Shown here in pieces: positions 9,608-22,216 of a stretch of 64,000 nt of DNA. Location: the NCBI GenBank assembly GCA_001798715.1, contig MGSF01000022.1:21899-85898 (forward strand), given 5' to 3'. Position 1 is the stretch's first letter, and the number at the start of each line of letters is the position of its first letter. The position numbers and the translations under genes are program-made. The notes beneath the pieces were generated by a model that was not told the origin of the DNA, did no database searches, and was given only the letters and a program-made list of their open reading frames with translations. The stretch is from Deltaproteobacteria bacterium RIFCSPLOWO2_02_FULL_50_16 (GTDB lineage Bacteria; UBA10199; 2-02-FULL-50-16).

Positions 9608-11233
9608 ATGCCTCAGACGATTTTGGGTATTGATATAGGGTCCTATTCTGTCAAGATTGCGGAGATAGAGAGGACTTTTAAAGGGTTTGAGTTGGTGGGA
9701 TTTTATGAACATCCCCTGATTCAGGATGAAGCACTGGCCCATGAACAAATAGTGATGCGGACACTTCAGGTTGTTGTTGATGAGTATAGCCTTCGGCCTG
9801 ACATTGTTTATTCTGCACTGCCCGGTTTTGATACAGCGATCCGAGAAATAGAGCTTCCTTTTACCAATGCCAAAAAGATCGATTCAACCATCGAATTTGA
9901 AATAGAAAGCTATGTTCCCTTGTCCCTTGAGGAGATTGCCGTTGATTACCATATTGTTTCATCGACCAAGACACATTCCAGAATTCTCATAGCCTATGCC
10001 AAGAAAAGTGCCTTGGTAAAATTCCTCTCGATTTTTACGGATTCTACTATTGAGCCCCGTTTTGTCGGATGCGAGCCTATTGAGATTGGTAATTTGATTC
10101 AATTGGGCTTGCCCACCCCGGAAGAGGCTTATGCCATTGTTGATATTGGCCACCAAAAAACAAATGTGTCCATTTTTGTTGGAAAAAATTTGCAATATGC
10201 TCGAACGATTCCCATTGGGGGGGCACATTTGACGGAGGCGATTGAAGACGTCTTAAAGGTTCCAAGGAGTGAAGCGGAAAAATTAAAAATAGAAATAGGT
10301 CAAGTGGGCGGTCAGGTGGATTCCATGGATGACATGACGCGTTCCATCGCGACAGCCCTTCAAAAGGTTCTTGATGATCTTTGTATCGAGATCAAACAGA
10401 CGATGCTTTCATTTCAGGAGAAAAACTCCGAAGTGCCGCAGGCCCTGTTTTTGTGCGGGGGCACGTCACGTTTAAATGGCATTGATGTCTATTTGTCAGC
10501 GCAGTTGAGGAAAAATATCAGCTATTTGGATGCTCTGGATTTTGCATTCAATCGTTTGGCAGAGTCAGATTGGTGCCGGCCCATTATTCCAAACGCATTG
10601 GCATTGGCCTATCGCGGTGTTTCCTCCAAATATCTTCCCGATATTCAGTTTCGGCGTGGTGATTTTGCTTATCAAGGAGATGTTGATGAATTGACACAAA
10701 TTGGCAAAGAGGTGGGTATTGTGGGCGTTGTGACTATTGGAGTGGTGATTGCCACTTTAGGTCTCAATTATTTTATGTTGAGTGGAAAAGTCGATAAAAT
10801 AGGCAAGCGTGTGGCCAGTGTGGCGAGTGAGGTCTTGCCCGGTACCTCTAAAAACACGCTGAGCAGTCCTTCATCCGTCATTTCTATGTTGAGCGGACGC
10901 ATACTGACCTTGAAAGAAAAAAAAGGGCAAATCGAGGAACAAACCAATATATTGGTTTTAGATGTTATCAAGACTATCTCCGAGATAGTTCCTCCAAAAG
11001 ATCAAATCAGCATGGATGTAGAAGAAGTCAACATTGCGGGGACGCGACTGAATGTCAAGGGAAGAACAAAATCGTTTGAAGAGGTCGATCGTATTAAGAC
11101 GGCTATGATGAATTCAAAATTATTTAAGGATGTGAGTTCTGGAAATATAAGAAAAGGCGTTCAGGATGAGGTCAAGTTTGATTTGAGTATGGAAATCCAA
11201 GTTTCCGGAAGTGAAGGGGCTGATGGCACTTAA
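9608..11233 (+). CDS. GspL-like assembly protein: PilM-like actin-fold cytoplasmic domain, one TM, and a periplasmic domain
   Basis: ILGIDIGSYSVKIAEIE actin-like N-terminus. Single TM VGIVGVVTIGVVIATLGL at about residue 390. Operon position after gspK. Confidence 0.55.
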   Translation: MPQTILGIDIGSYSVKIAEIERTFKGFELVGFYEHPLIQDEALAHEQIVMRTLQVVVDEYSLRPDIVYSALPGFDTAIREIELPFTNAKKIDSTIEFEIESYVPLSLEEIAVDYHIVSSTKTHSRILIAYAKKSALVKFLSIFTDSTIEPRFVGCEPIEIGNLIQLGLPTPEEAYAIVDIGHQKTNVSIFVGKNLQYARTIPIGGAHLTEAIEDVLKVPRSEAEKLKIEIGQVGGQVDSMDDMTRSIATALQKVLDDLCIEIKQTMLSFQEKNSEVPQALFLCGGTSRLNGIDVYLSAQLRKNISYLDALDFAFNRLAESDWCRPIIPNALALAYRGVSSKYLPDIQFRRGDFAYQGDVDELTQIGKEVGIVGVVTIGVVIATLGLNYFMLSGKVDKIGKRVASVASEVLPGTSKNTLSSPSSVISMLSGRILTLKEKKGQIEEQTNILVLDVIKTISEIVPPKDQISMDVEEVNIAGTRLNVKGRTKSFEEVDRIKTAMMNSKLFKDVSSGNIRKGVQDEVKFDLSMEIQVSGSEGADGT

Positions 11234-11804
11234 ATCCCGATCCTCCATCAAGAGCTTTAATTTAAACAATCTGGCCAATGCCTTTATCGGTTTGTCGCCC
11301 CGGGATCGCATTTTTGCATTGGGGTTTGTGGCTTTAGGTATTGTTCTGATCCTATTTTTGCCCCTCTCTATTGCAACGGGTAAGATTCGATCTTTAGAAA
11401 AGGAAATAGAGGGTTCACAGGGAAAATTTCGAGACGTTTTGGTCAAGGTGAAGGAATACAATCAGATTCAAACCAGTCTGAGTCAGCTTGAAGCGCAGTT
11501 TGGCTCTGATTTTGTCTCTTTGACAACGCAAATTGAAAATATAGCCAATGAGGCCGGTATTAAGGAGAGCATTAAATCACTCAAAGAATCTCCCACGCGA
11601 GAGGGTGATTTGTTTGAAACCCGAAGTGCCAATCTGGATTTGAAAGGGATTGATATCAACAAGCTTGTCGATTTCATCTATAAGGTTGAAAATAATTCAA
11701 AGACCCTGATGAGATTTCATAAATTTATTGTCAAAACCAAATATAGCAATAGGACCTTGTTGGATGTTCAATGTGAAATTGCTACCTACCGTTTGATTGA
11801 GTAG
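11223..11804 (+). CDS. GspM-like bitopic membrane protein
   Basis: Small protein with one N-terminal TM (IFALGFVALGIVLILFLPL) followed by a coiled-coil. Position after gspL. Confidence 0.45.
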   Translation: MALKSRSSIKSFNLNNLANAFIGLSPRDRIFALGFVALGIVLILFLPLSIATGKIRSLEKEIEGSQGKFRDVLVKVKEYNQIQTSLSQLEAQFGSDFVSLTTQIENIANEAGIKESIKSLKESPTREGDLFETRSANLDLKGIDINKLVDFIYKVENNSKTLMRFHKFIVKTKYSNRTLLDVQCEIATYRLIE

Positions 11805-11824
11805 CAATTTGAAAAGTAGGTGAT

Positions 11825-12727
11825 ATGGGGACGGTTGCGAAGATCATATTGTATCCTGTTTTTGCCTTGCTTACTTTTATGGTATTTCTTGTCTTCCTTT
11901 TTCCTTATGGAAGTTTGAAGGACAAGATTATTAATGAGATCAATAATAATTTGGGTGGTCAATACGAGGTTTCTATTGGGGATTTTAGTCCCGGCATATT
12001 TTCAAAAACCCGCCTAAAGAATATCTCATTGTCATCCAAGGGATCTGCAGGTGAGGTCAATCTTCTTTCCTTTGAGAAATTTGATATTGATGTCGGACTG
12101 CTTTCCTTGATGATGGGAAGGCTTCAAATGAGTTTTGAAGCGGCTCATGGAAAAAGCAGCTTGTCGGGGACAACGCATATTCAAAAATCCTATTATTCCA
12201 TTCAAATGAGCCTGAAAAATTTTGACATGGATGCCCTGCGAGTCCTAAAGGATCTCTACAATCTTGATTTGTCGGGACAGTTGAGCGGAAAAATAAATCT
12301 TGAAATTTTTCCCTTGGAACCTTTAAGAAATAAAGGAATGGTGGATATTCATATTGGCAGTCTGAAGTTGGAGAAATCAAATATTATGAACCTTCTCGAA
12401 TTTCCGGCCATGGAATTGGCGGCCTCTCAAGATTCTGGAATACGTCTGGATATCAGAAATGGAAATATACAAGTCCAAAAGGTGAGTCTTACGGGATCCG
12501 ATCTTGATTTTAAGATGAAGGGCAAGATCTATTTTTCAAGACAGGTCTCCAACTATCGGCTTAATTTGCGGGGCAAATTTCAATTTCCAGCCACCATCAC
12601 TCCCAAACTCCCCTTCTTGATGCTGATCGACCAGCAAAAAGGGCCGGATGGGAGTTATCCTTTAACGATTACAGGGCGGATGGCCCAACCCAACATTCAA
12701 ATCGGCGAATTTAAGCTTCCCATATAA
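11825..12727 (+). CDS. GspN-like protein
   Basis: N-terminal TM, about 300 aa, last gene of the gsp block. Confidence 0.4.
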   Translation: MGTVAKIILYPVFALLTFMVFLVFLFPYGSLKDKIINEINNNLGGQYEVSIGDFSPGIFSKTRLKNISLSSKGSAGEVNLLSFEKFDIDVGLLSLMMGRLQMSFEAAHGKSSLSGTTHIQKSYYSIQMSLKNFDMDALRVLKDLYNLDLSGQLSGKINLEIFPLEPLRNKGMVDIHIGSLKLEKSNIMNLLEFPAMELAASQDSGIRLDIRNGNIQVQKVSLTGSDLDFKMKGKIYFSRQVSNYRLNLRGKFQFPATITPKLPFLMLIDQQKGPDGSYPLTITGRMAQPNIQIGEFKLPI

Positions 12728-12756
12728 CTAACCGTAATTGTTGAAGAAACCGATCA

Positions 12757-14418
12757 TTGACAGGGATTAAGGCAGCGATTAAATGTCTTTTGATGGATTG
12801 TCTGGTGTTTAAAAAGGGGAATTCGGAGATCTTCCGTTACCCCATTTCCAATCAAACGATTGGAATTGGTCGCGGCACTCATAATCATGTCATCCTCAGT
12901 GATGATGAAATATCTCGATCGCACTTAACACTGAGCTATCAGGATGAGGCGATCCTTGTCAGCAATCATTCCTCTAAAGGTTCTCAAAAAAATTCTGTAA
13001 TTTTCGACAAGACCTCTTTTCAAAAAGGAGATGTCCTCCAGGTAGGATCCTGGTTGATTTTATTGGATGATGTTAAAAGTAATCAGGAAGTGACTCGTGG
13101 GGCTTCCGAGGAAAAAACACAGATCATCAACTACGAGCCAAGTAAAGGGACGCTCAATGTTACTACATTGGATGTGACAGTTTGCACTGCAGAAGGAAAG
13201 CCCAAGAATTTTAGTTTTAGGCATTTTCCGATAAAAATTGGGACCGGTCCCCACAATTCGTTGATATTAAATGATCCTTATATTTCTCAAAATCATTGTG
13301 TCATCGATTCTCGTTCAGGACAATTTTGGATTGTGGATGCTGGCAGTAAAAATGGGACATGGGTTCATGGTAAAAATATCAAAGAAGGGTTACTGTGTTC
13401 ATCGGACGAGATAGTCTTGGGAAGAACCAATATTCAGATTCGCTGGGCCCAGGCGGCCGAAAAAATCAAACCTCACAAGGATCTTATTTTCGAGGGGATG
13501 ATAGGATCGTCAAAGGTGATGAGGGAGATATTTTCCTTGATTGAACAGGTAGCACCTAGCGATGTTCCGATTTTTATCTCGGGAGAGACAGGAACTGGCA
13601 AGGAGCTCACGGCTCGGGCGATTTATCAGAGAAGCCACAGGGTCGGCAAGCCGTTTATGAGCATTAATTGCGGGGCTATTTCACCCAATCTTATTGAAAG
13701 CGAGCTCTTTGGTCATGAAAAAGGGGCCTTTACCGGAGCCGTGAATAGTCGTCGGGGTGTTTTTGAGGCCGCCCATGAGGGGACCCTTTTTCTGGATGAA
13801 ATAGGGGAACTCCCCTTGGAGCTCCAACCCAAGCTTTTGAGGGTTTTGGAGGACGGAAAGATCAGGCGTGTCGGGGCCAATCATGAAACAGCCGTGGATG
13901 TGCGTATTATCACTGCCACGCATCGGAATCTTTTTCATGAGGTTAAAAAGGAACGATTTCGGGAAGATCTCTTTTATCGTCTCTATGTGATCCCCATTAT
14001 TCTTCCATCGCTCAAGGATCGGCAGGAAGATCTGCCTTATCTTGTTGAAGCCATTCTTGCAACGCATGCCCCTTCGGGCCGGAAGATCTCTTTAACGGCG
14101 GAGGCCCTGGAAAAATTAAAAAACCATCAATGGCCCGGAAATATCAGGGAGCTCAAAAATGTGCTCTTGAGATCCATCTATACATCTCAGGATGCCGAAA
14201 TCACCCCTCGGAGGCTCTGTTTTTTCCCCACACTGGACTCCTTTGTGGAAGAAGCAAAAGAGGATGAAACAAGGCCTCATACCCTGGAGGCAGGGGAGCG
14301 TCACATCATCTTGTCGACTCTGAATCAGTGCGGCGGTAACAAGAAAAAAACGGCAGATACCTTGGGGATTGCCAAATCAACATTGTTTAAGAAACTAAAA
14401 GAATACGATATTTTGTAG
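12757..14418 (+). CDS. Sigma-54-dependent transcriptional activator with two N-terminal FHA domains and a C-terminal Fis-type HTH
   Basis: Two FHA-like segments (GRG..N.V.L.D..ISR.H and [21 protein letters not shown]). AAA+ Walker [15 protein letters not shown] motif ([15 protein letters not shown]). [21 protein letters not shown]. Confidence 0.8.
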   Translation: MTGIKAAIKCLLMDCLVFKKGNSEIFRYPISNQTIGIGRGTHNHVILSDDEISRSHLTLSYQDEAILVSNHSSKGSQKNSVIFDKTSFQKGDVLQVGSWLILLDDVKSNQEVTRGASEEKTQIINYEPSKGTLNVTTLDVTVCTAEGKPKNFSFRHFPIKIGTGPHNSLILNDPYISQNHCVIDSRSGQFWIVDAGSKNGTWVHGKNIKEGLLCSSDEIVLGRTNIQIRWAQAAEKIKPHKDLIFEGMIGSSKVMREIFSLIEQVAPSDVPIFISGETGTGKELTARAIYQRSHRVGKPFMSINCGAISPNLIESELFGHEKGAFTGAVNSRRGVFEAAHEGTLFLDEIGELPLELQPKLLRVLEDGKIRRVGANHETAVDVRIITATHRNLFHEVKKERFREDLFYRLYVIPIILPSLKDRQEDLPYLVEAILATHAPSGRKISLTAEALEKLKNHQWPGNIRELKNVLLRSIYTSQDAEITPRRLCFFPTLDSFVEEAKEDETRPHTLEAGERHIILSTLNQCGGNKKKTADTLGIAKSTLFKKLKEYDIL

Positions 14419-14419
14419 G

Positions 14420-14716
14420 TTACCGATCCAAGGGTTCTTCACCCACATAATAGAGGATCTCATTGGATTTTAGAACACCCAATTCTTGACGAGCCACCCT
14501 TTCAAGATAAGACAATTTGTGAAGATTGTTGATTTCTAATTTTAGTAATTGGATTTCATTTCTGAGTTCGTTATTTTTTTGAATAATCATGTCTTCGGTT
14601 TGATTGAGATGATAAAGACGGGCTAAACCCTGATCGCTGAAGGTGAGATAGGCGAAAAATACGGCAATAATGATGAGACTTCCTGTAAGAGAGGGGACGT
14701 GAAAGGGGCTTCTCAT
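14420..14716 (-). CDS. ftsB: Septum formation initiator, FtsB/DivIC-like
   Basis: Single N-terminal TM followed by a leucine-zipper-like coiled-coil (NELRNEIQLLKLEINNL). Confidence 0.55.
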   Translation of the reverse strand: MRSPFHVPSLTGSLIIIAVFFAYLTFSDQGLARLYHLNQTEDMIIQKNNELRNEIQLLKLEINNLHKLSYLERVARQELGVLKSNEILYYVGEEPLDR

Positions 14717-14728
14717 GATATTTTCATA

Positions 14729-17555
<2,827 letters not shown>

Positions 17556-18335
17556 TTATATCGCCTCTAGAAATCCGGTCAAGGGACTGGAGGCTTCCGC
17601 CTCATGATGTTCCGGGGCCCGTCCTGATTCGTAAGCGAGGCGGCCGGCAATGACTCCCTGACGAAAGGCCTCGGCCATTTTAACGGGGTCATGGGCTGTG
17701 GCGATGGCTGTATTAATCAAGACGGCATCCGCCCCCATTTCCATGGCCTCGGTGGCATGAGAGGGGGCTCCCAGGCCTGCATCAACGATGACGGGGAGGG
17801 TCGCTTGCTCAATAATGATACGAAGGGCCTCCTTCATCTTTAATCCCCGATTGGAACCGATGGGTGACCCCAGGGGCATCACAGTGGCTGTCCCTATATC
17901 GGCTAGACGTTTGGCCAAAATGGGGTCGGCCTGGATGTAGGGGAGGACGATAAAACCCTCTTTGACAAGTTCTTCGCAGGCCTTGAGGGTTTCTACAGGG
18001 TCGGGCATGAGATATTGAGGGTCGGGGATGACCTCGATCTTGACCCAGTGAGAAAGACCGGCCTCCCGGGCCAAATGGGCCAATGTAATGGCCTCTTTGG
18101 CGGTACGGGCCCCGGAGGTATTGGGCAAAAGTTGATAACGCCGACGATCAATGTAATTTAAGATGTCAGTATTGGGGTCGTGGGGCTTATTCAGGTCAAT
18201 GCGCCGAAGGGCCACCGTGACGATTTCGGTTCCGGAGGATTCCAAGGCCTGTCCCATGAGGGTCGGGGAGGAAAACTTTCCCGTCCCCACCAAGAGACGG
18301 GATTGAAAGGTCTTTTGAGCGATGACAAGGGCCAT
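17556..18335 (-). CDS. thiG: Thiazole synthase ThiG (start trimmed to MALVIAQ)
   Basis: ThiG signature LLVGTGKF...PIIVDAGLG, here [12 protein letters not shown]. Confidence 0.85.
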   Translation of the reverse strand: MALVIAQKTFQSRLLVGTGKFSSPTLMGQALESSGTEIVTVALRRIDLNKPHDPNTDILNYIDRRRYQLLPNTSGARTAKEAITLAHLAREAGLSHWVKIEVIPDPQYLMPDPVETLKACEELVKEGFIVLPYIQADPILAKRLADIGTATVMPLGSPIGSNRGLKMKEALRIIIEQATLPVIVDAGLGAPSHATEAMEMGADAVLINTAIATAHDPVKMAEAFRQGVIAGRLAYESGRAPEHHEAEASSPLTGFLEAI

Positions 18336-18550
18336 TATCCCCCCCCTACGGCTTGAAGGATTTCGATGTGATCCCCTTCTTTGAGGGGGGTTTTTGACCA
18401 TTGGGACCGTGGAACGACCTCCCCATTGAGGGCGAGGGCGACGGAGGCATGAGGGAGGGGAAGAGAGGTCATAAAACTTTTTAAATCTATTTGTTTTTCA
18501 ACACTTTTCAGTTCATTATTGATGAAAATATTTAAAGATTTTACTGGCAT
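18335..18550 (-). CDS. thiS: Sulfur-carrier protein ThiS
   Basis: About 70 aa ending in GG (...ILQAVGGG). Stop overlaps the thiG start. Confidence 0.65.
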   Translation of the reverse strand: MPVKSLNIFINNELKSVEKQIDLKSFMTSLPLPHASVALALNGEVVPRSQWSKTPLKEGDHIEILQAVGGG

Positions 18551-18624
18551 TGAATTATGGGACTCCTTGGGTGGGTCATTCATATCAAACGAAAAGAATC
18601 GATGTCAAATGTAGAAGTGGGGGC

Positions 18625-19464
18625 CTAACTTGCCGGATGGGCCAAGTGTAATTTAGGCGCAGACGCTATATCTTTGGCAGGGATAAAGAAAGGGTTTTCT
18701 AGGGTTATTTTGGCCCCGTGAGAGAGTATTTTGACTTGGGTTGTTATGGGTTGTTCTTGAAGCAGTGATTGAAGCATGTGGATGGGTTCCTCAAGGGGTT
18801 CGGTAGAAAAACGGAAGGTGCCCCAGTGGATGGGGATCATGTATTGGGCCTGAAGATCTTGGCAGGCCTTGAGGGCCTCTTGAGGGTCCATATGACGGTA
18901 TTTCATAATCCAGCGGGGACGATAGGAACCTATGGGGAGCAGCGCGGCGCTGATGGTCTTTTCTTGTCCCAGTTTTTTGAAATGGGAATGATAGGCAGTG
19001 TCTCCACTAAAAAAGATGGCCTGCTCCTCTTTTTCAATGAGATAACTGTTGCAGCCGGTATAGCGGATGCCGCTATATCGGCCCCCTAAGTGACGCGCAT
19101 AGAGTGCCGTGATCTTGAGTCCCCGGGGACTGGTCCAGGTGGAATGATGGGGAAGTTCGATGACGGGATGGGGGAGTATTCGGTGTATCAGGGGGGCGAC
19201 GCCTTTGGGGACAATAATAGGGATTTGACAGGAGAGATATTTATAGCTGGGAATATCCAGGTGATCAAAATGGGTATGGGATAACAGGACACACTCGGGC
19301 GGGGAAAGACGCGTCAGGTCATCATGACAGGGGACATGGCGTTTGAAGAAAAAGATGTGCGAGCTAAAATTTGGATCTGTCAGGAGGGTCGAACCATCCC
19401 ATTCGATCAAAGTCGTGGCATGTCCAATGTAAGTAATCGCAATCATTGACAACATTGGTATCAA
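18625..19464 (-). CDS. MBL-fold metallo-hydrolase
   Basis: HxHxDH motif (LLSHTHFDHLD). Confidence 0.7.
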   Translation of the reverse strand: MIPMLSMIAITYIGHATTLIEWDGSTLLTDPNFSSHIFFFKRHVPCHDDLTRLSPPECVLLSHTHFDHLDIPSYKYLSCQIPIIVPKGVAPLIHRILPHPVIELPHHSTWTSPRGLKITALYARHLGGRYSGIRYTGCNSYLIEKEEQAIFFSGDTAYHSHFKKLGQEKTISAALLPIGSYRPRWIMKYRHMDPQEALKACQDLQAQYMIPIHWGTFRFSTEPLEEPIHMLQSLLQEQPITTQVKILSHGAKITLENPFFIPAKDIASAPKLHLAHPAS

Positions 19465-19527
19465 TAGACTAGTTTCATCCTTCCGTCAAATACTAAGGAG
19501 TCCAAACTATCAAGAAACAGGTTCATC

Positions 19528-20655
19528 ATGTCATCGTGGACACGCAGTACGACCGTCACTATTGATTGCAAGGCCTTGAGGCATAATTTTCGTCAGATAG
19601 TTGCGCGCCTGCATCCGGATCAAAACATCCTTTCTGTGGTGAAATCAAATGCCTATGGCCATGGAGGACCTCAAGTGGCGCGGATTTTGGTGGAGGAAGG
19701 GTGTTCCTTTCTGGGGGTAGGGACTATTGATGAAGGGCGGGCCTTGAGAGAGGCCGGCGTCCGTGTCCCTATTTTGGTTCTCCTGGGGGATATTGGCGGG
19801 GGCTATCAAGAGTTGCTCCATCATCAGCTGATCCCCGTGATTCAGGATTTTGACACTTTTTGTAAATTTGAAAACTGGCTCAACCAAAACAACAAGAAAT
19901 CGAGTTTTCATCTCAAGGTGGATACAGGAATGACACGATTGGGATTTTTGCCCGACGAGCTCTTATCAAAGGCCTCTGTGCTGAGTCGGTCATCGGTCTT
20001 GAAGATTCAGGGGGTCATGTCCCATCTTATCGATGCCACGGATGTTGAAAGGACGGGGAGTCAACAGGAGGCCTTCGATCATTGTCTTCAAATTTTGAGG
20101 AAGAATGGAGTACAGCCGCAGTTCATTCATCTGGCGAACAGTGTGGCAACCATTGAAGATCGGTTTTCTCAGTACAATATGGTGCGACCGGGCATTGTCC
20201 TCTATGGGGTCCTTCCCCACCCTCGGTTACAAGAATTTGTTTCGTTGAAACCCATCATGACTTGGAAGACCAAGGTCATTAATGTCAAAGAAGTTCCGGC
20301 AGGGACCGTTGTCAGCTATAATGCGACCTTCAAAACGAGACGGCCCTCACGCATTGCGGTCTTGCCGGTGGGTTATGCCGATGGATATCCCCGTCGGCTC
20401 TCCAATCGGGCCCATGTCCTCATTCGTGGTCGCAAGGCCCCTGTGGTGGGGATCGTTTGTATGGACCTGACGATGGTGGATGTGACGGAGATTGGATCTG
20501 TTTCTATTGGGGATGAGGTGGTCTTGTTGGGAGGTCAGGGTTCCGAGACTCTATTGGCCGAAGAAATGGCCCAATGGGCCGATACAATTCCCTATGAGAT
20601 ATTAACAGGGGTGGCCCTGCGTGTGCCCCGAATCTATCAGGATGAAGTCCATTGA
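19528..20655 (+). CDS. alr: Alanine racemase
   Basis: PLP-site motif VVKSNAYGHG. Length about 375 aa. Confidence 0.85.
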   Translation: MSSWTRSTTVTIDCKALRHNFRQIVARLHPDQNILSVVKSNAYGHGGPQVARILVEEGCSFLGVGTIDEGRALREAGVRVPILVLLGDIGGGYQELLHHQLIPVIQDFDTFCKFENWLNQNNKKSSFHLKVDTGMTRLGFLPDELLSKASVLSRSSVLKIQGVMSHLIDATDVERTGSQQEAFDHCLQILRKNGVQPQFIHLANSVATIEDRFSQYNMVRPGIVLYGVLPHPRLQEFVSLKPIMTWKTKVINVKEVPAGTVVSYNATFKTRRPSRIAVLPVGYADGYPRRLSNRAHVLIRGRKAPVVGIVCMDLTMVDVTEIGSVSIGDEVVLLGGQGSETLLAEEMAQWADTIPYEILTGVALRVPRIYQDEVH

Positions 20656-21476
20656 AAAGAGTGAACACTTTAATAAAAAGGATGACTCAACTCAATTTTC
20701 AAGGTCCCTTTGAAGTCGCGGGATCTGGTTTGATGACGTTTATTCGATATCTGGGAGACTTCTTTCTTTTTGTCCGCTCTTATTTTTTATGGAATTTTCG
20801 CCCCCCTTGGCGATGGGCCCTGACCTTTAAGCAGATGGAGTTTATTGGGATCTATTCGCTTCCGATTATTGTCTTGACGGCGACTTTTAGTGGGATGGTT
20901 TTTGGTCTTCAGATCGGCTATGCCTTCCGGGCCTTTAATGCAGAGTCCATGGTCGGTTCTACAGTGGGATTGGCCCTGACCCGAGAGATAGGACCTGTTT
21001 TTGCGTCCCTGATGGTGGCTGCAAGGGCCGGATCGGCGATGGCCGCCGAGATTGGATCCATGAAGGTGACGGAGCAGCTCGATGCCATGAGTACAATGGC
21101 AGTCAATCCGATCCAGTATTTGGTTGTGCCCCGGGTCACAGCCGGCGTGTTGGTCGTTCCCTTGTTGTCGATTGTCTATATTGCTGTGGGCATCTTGGGG
21201 GCCTATGTTGTGTCGATCTATATGCTCCATATCCCCGATGTCTATTTCATTCAGAAATTGGAATATTATGTGGACCCTTCCGACGTGATGGGAGGCGTTG
21301 TGAAGGCAGCCGTCTTTGGTTTTTTGTTGGCCCTTATTAGTTGCTACTGTGGCTATCGTACCGAGGGAGGGGCCGAAGGGGTGGGGCGATCGACGACCAA
21401 GGCCGTTGTTGTGTCGTCGGTCACCATCCTGGTGACCGATTACTTTTTGACATCTTGGATCTTGGAGTTTTTTTAA
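20652..21476 (+). CDS. mlaE: Mla/Ttg2-type ABC transporter permease
   Basis: MlaE-like polytopic permease of about 270 aa, immediately upstream of its ATPase and MCE protein. Confidence 0.8.
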   Translation: MKRVNTLIKRMTQLNFQGPFEVAGSGLMTFIRYLGDFFLFVRSYFLWNFRPPWRWALTFKQMEFIGIYSLPIIVLTATFSGMVFGLQIGYAFRAFNAESMVGSTVGLALTREIGPVFASLMVAARAGSAMAAEIGSMKVTEQLDAMSTMAVNPIQYLVVPRVTAGVLVVPLLSIVYIAVGILGAYVVSIYMLHIPDVYFIQKLEYYVDPSDVMGGVVKAAVFGFLLALISCYCGYRTEGGAEGVGRSTTKAVVVSSVTILVTDYFLTSWILEFF

Positions 21477-21482
21477 AAGAAC

Positions 21483-22208
21483 ATGATTCAATTGATTAAC
21501 ATTCGTAAGTCATTTAACGGGAATCAGGTTCTCAAAGGGGTCAATCTCCACATTCCGAAAGGGAAGGTGACGGTGATTTTGGGTCCCAGTGGTTGTGGAA
21601 AAAGCGTCCTGATGAAGCATATGATTGGATTGTTGGTCCCTGATGAGGGTCGTGTTCAAGTGGATGGTGTGGATATCCATCGCTTGGATGATGCTCGACT
21701 GAACAAGTTTCGCAAAAAGTTTGGCATGCTTTTTCAAAGTGCGGCCCTTTTTGATTCGCTGACGGTTGGTGAAAATGTGGCTTTTCCCTTGGTCGAACAC
21801 GCCTCCTTTTCAAAAAGGGCAATTGATGATCGAGTGCAAGAGTGTTTGGCCCTTGTGGGCCTTCAAAATATTGTCCACAAAATGCCTTCGGAGCTTTCAG
21901 GTGGCATGCGAAAAAGGGTTGGACTTGCCCGGGCAATTGCGTTACAACCCGAGATCATTTTGTATGATGAACCAACGACGGGTCTCGATCCTTTAATGAC
22001 GGATGCCATCAACCATCTCATTATTGACACTCAAAAAAAATTGTCGGTGACCTCAGTTGTCATCAGTCATGATATCGAGGGCACTTTTGAGGTGGCTCAC
22101 AAGGTGGCTGTGCTCCATGAAGGGGTCATTGTTGCTGAGGGGAGTTCTCGTGATATCACAGGTTCTTCTCATCCCTTTGTCCAGAAATTTTTGTCAAAAC
22201 GTTCTTAG
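21483..22208 (+). CDS. mlaF: Mla-type ABC transporter ATP-binding protein
   Basis: Walker A GPSGCGKS, ABC signature LSGGMRKR, Walker B ILYDEP. Confidence 0.85.
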   Translation: MIQLINIRKSFNGNQVLKGVNLHIPKGKVTVILGPSGCGKSVLMKHMIGLLVPDEGRVQVDGVDIHRLDDARLNKFRKKFGMLFQSAALFDSLTVGENVAFPLVEHASFSKRAIDDRVQECLALVGLQNIVHKMPSELSGGMRKRVGLARAIALQPEIILYDEPTTGLDPLMTDAINHLIIDTQKKLSVTSVVISHDIEGTFEVAHKVAVLHEGVIVAEGSSRDITGSSHPFVQKFLSKRS

Positions 22209-22216
22209 GGGGGGGC

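Noticed and set aside
18551-18624. Expected TPP riboswitch upstream of thiS
   Set aside because: The gap is only 74 nt and lacks the CTGAGA and pyrimidine-sensor cores. Reported as an absence finding rather than a feature.
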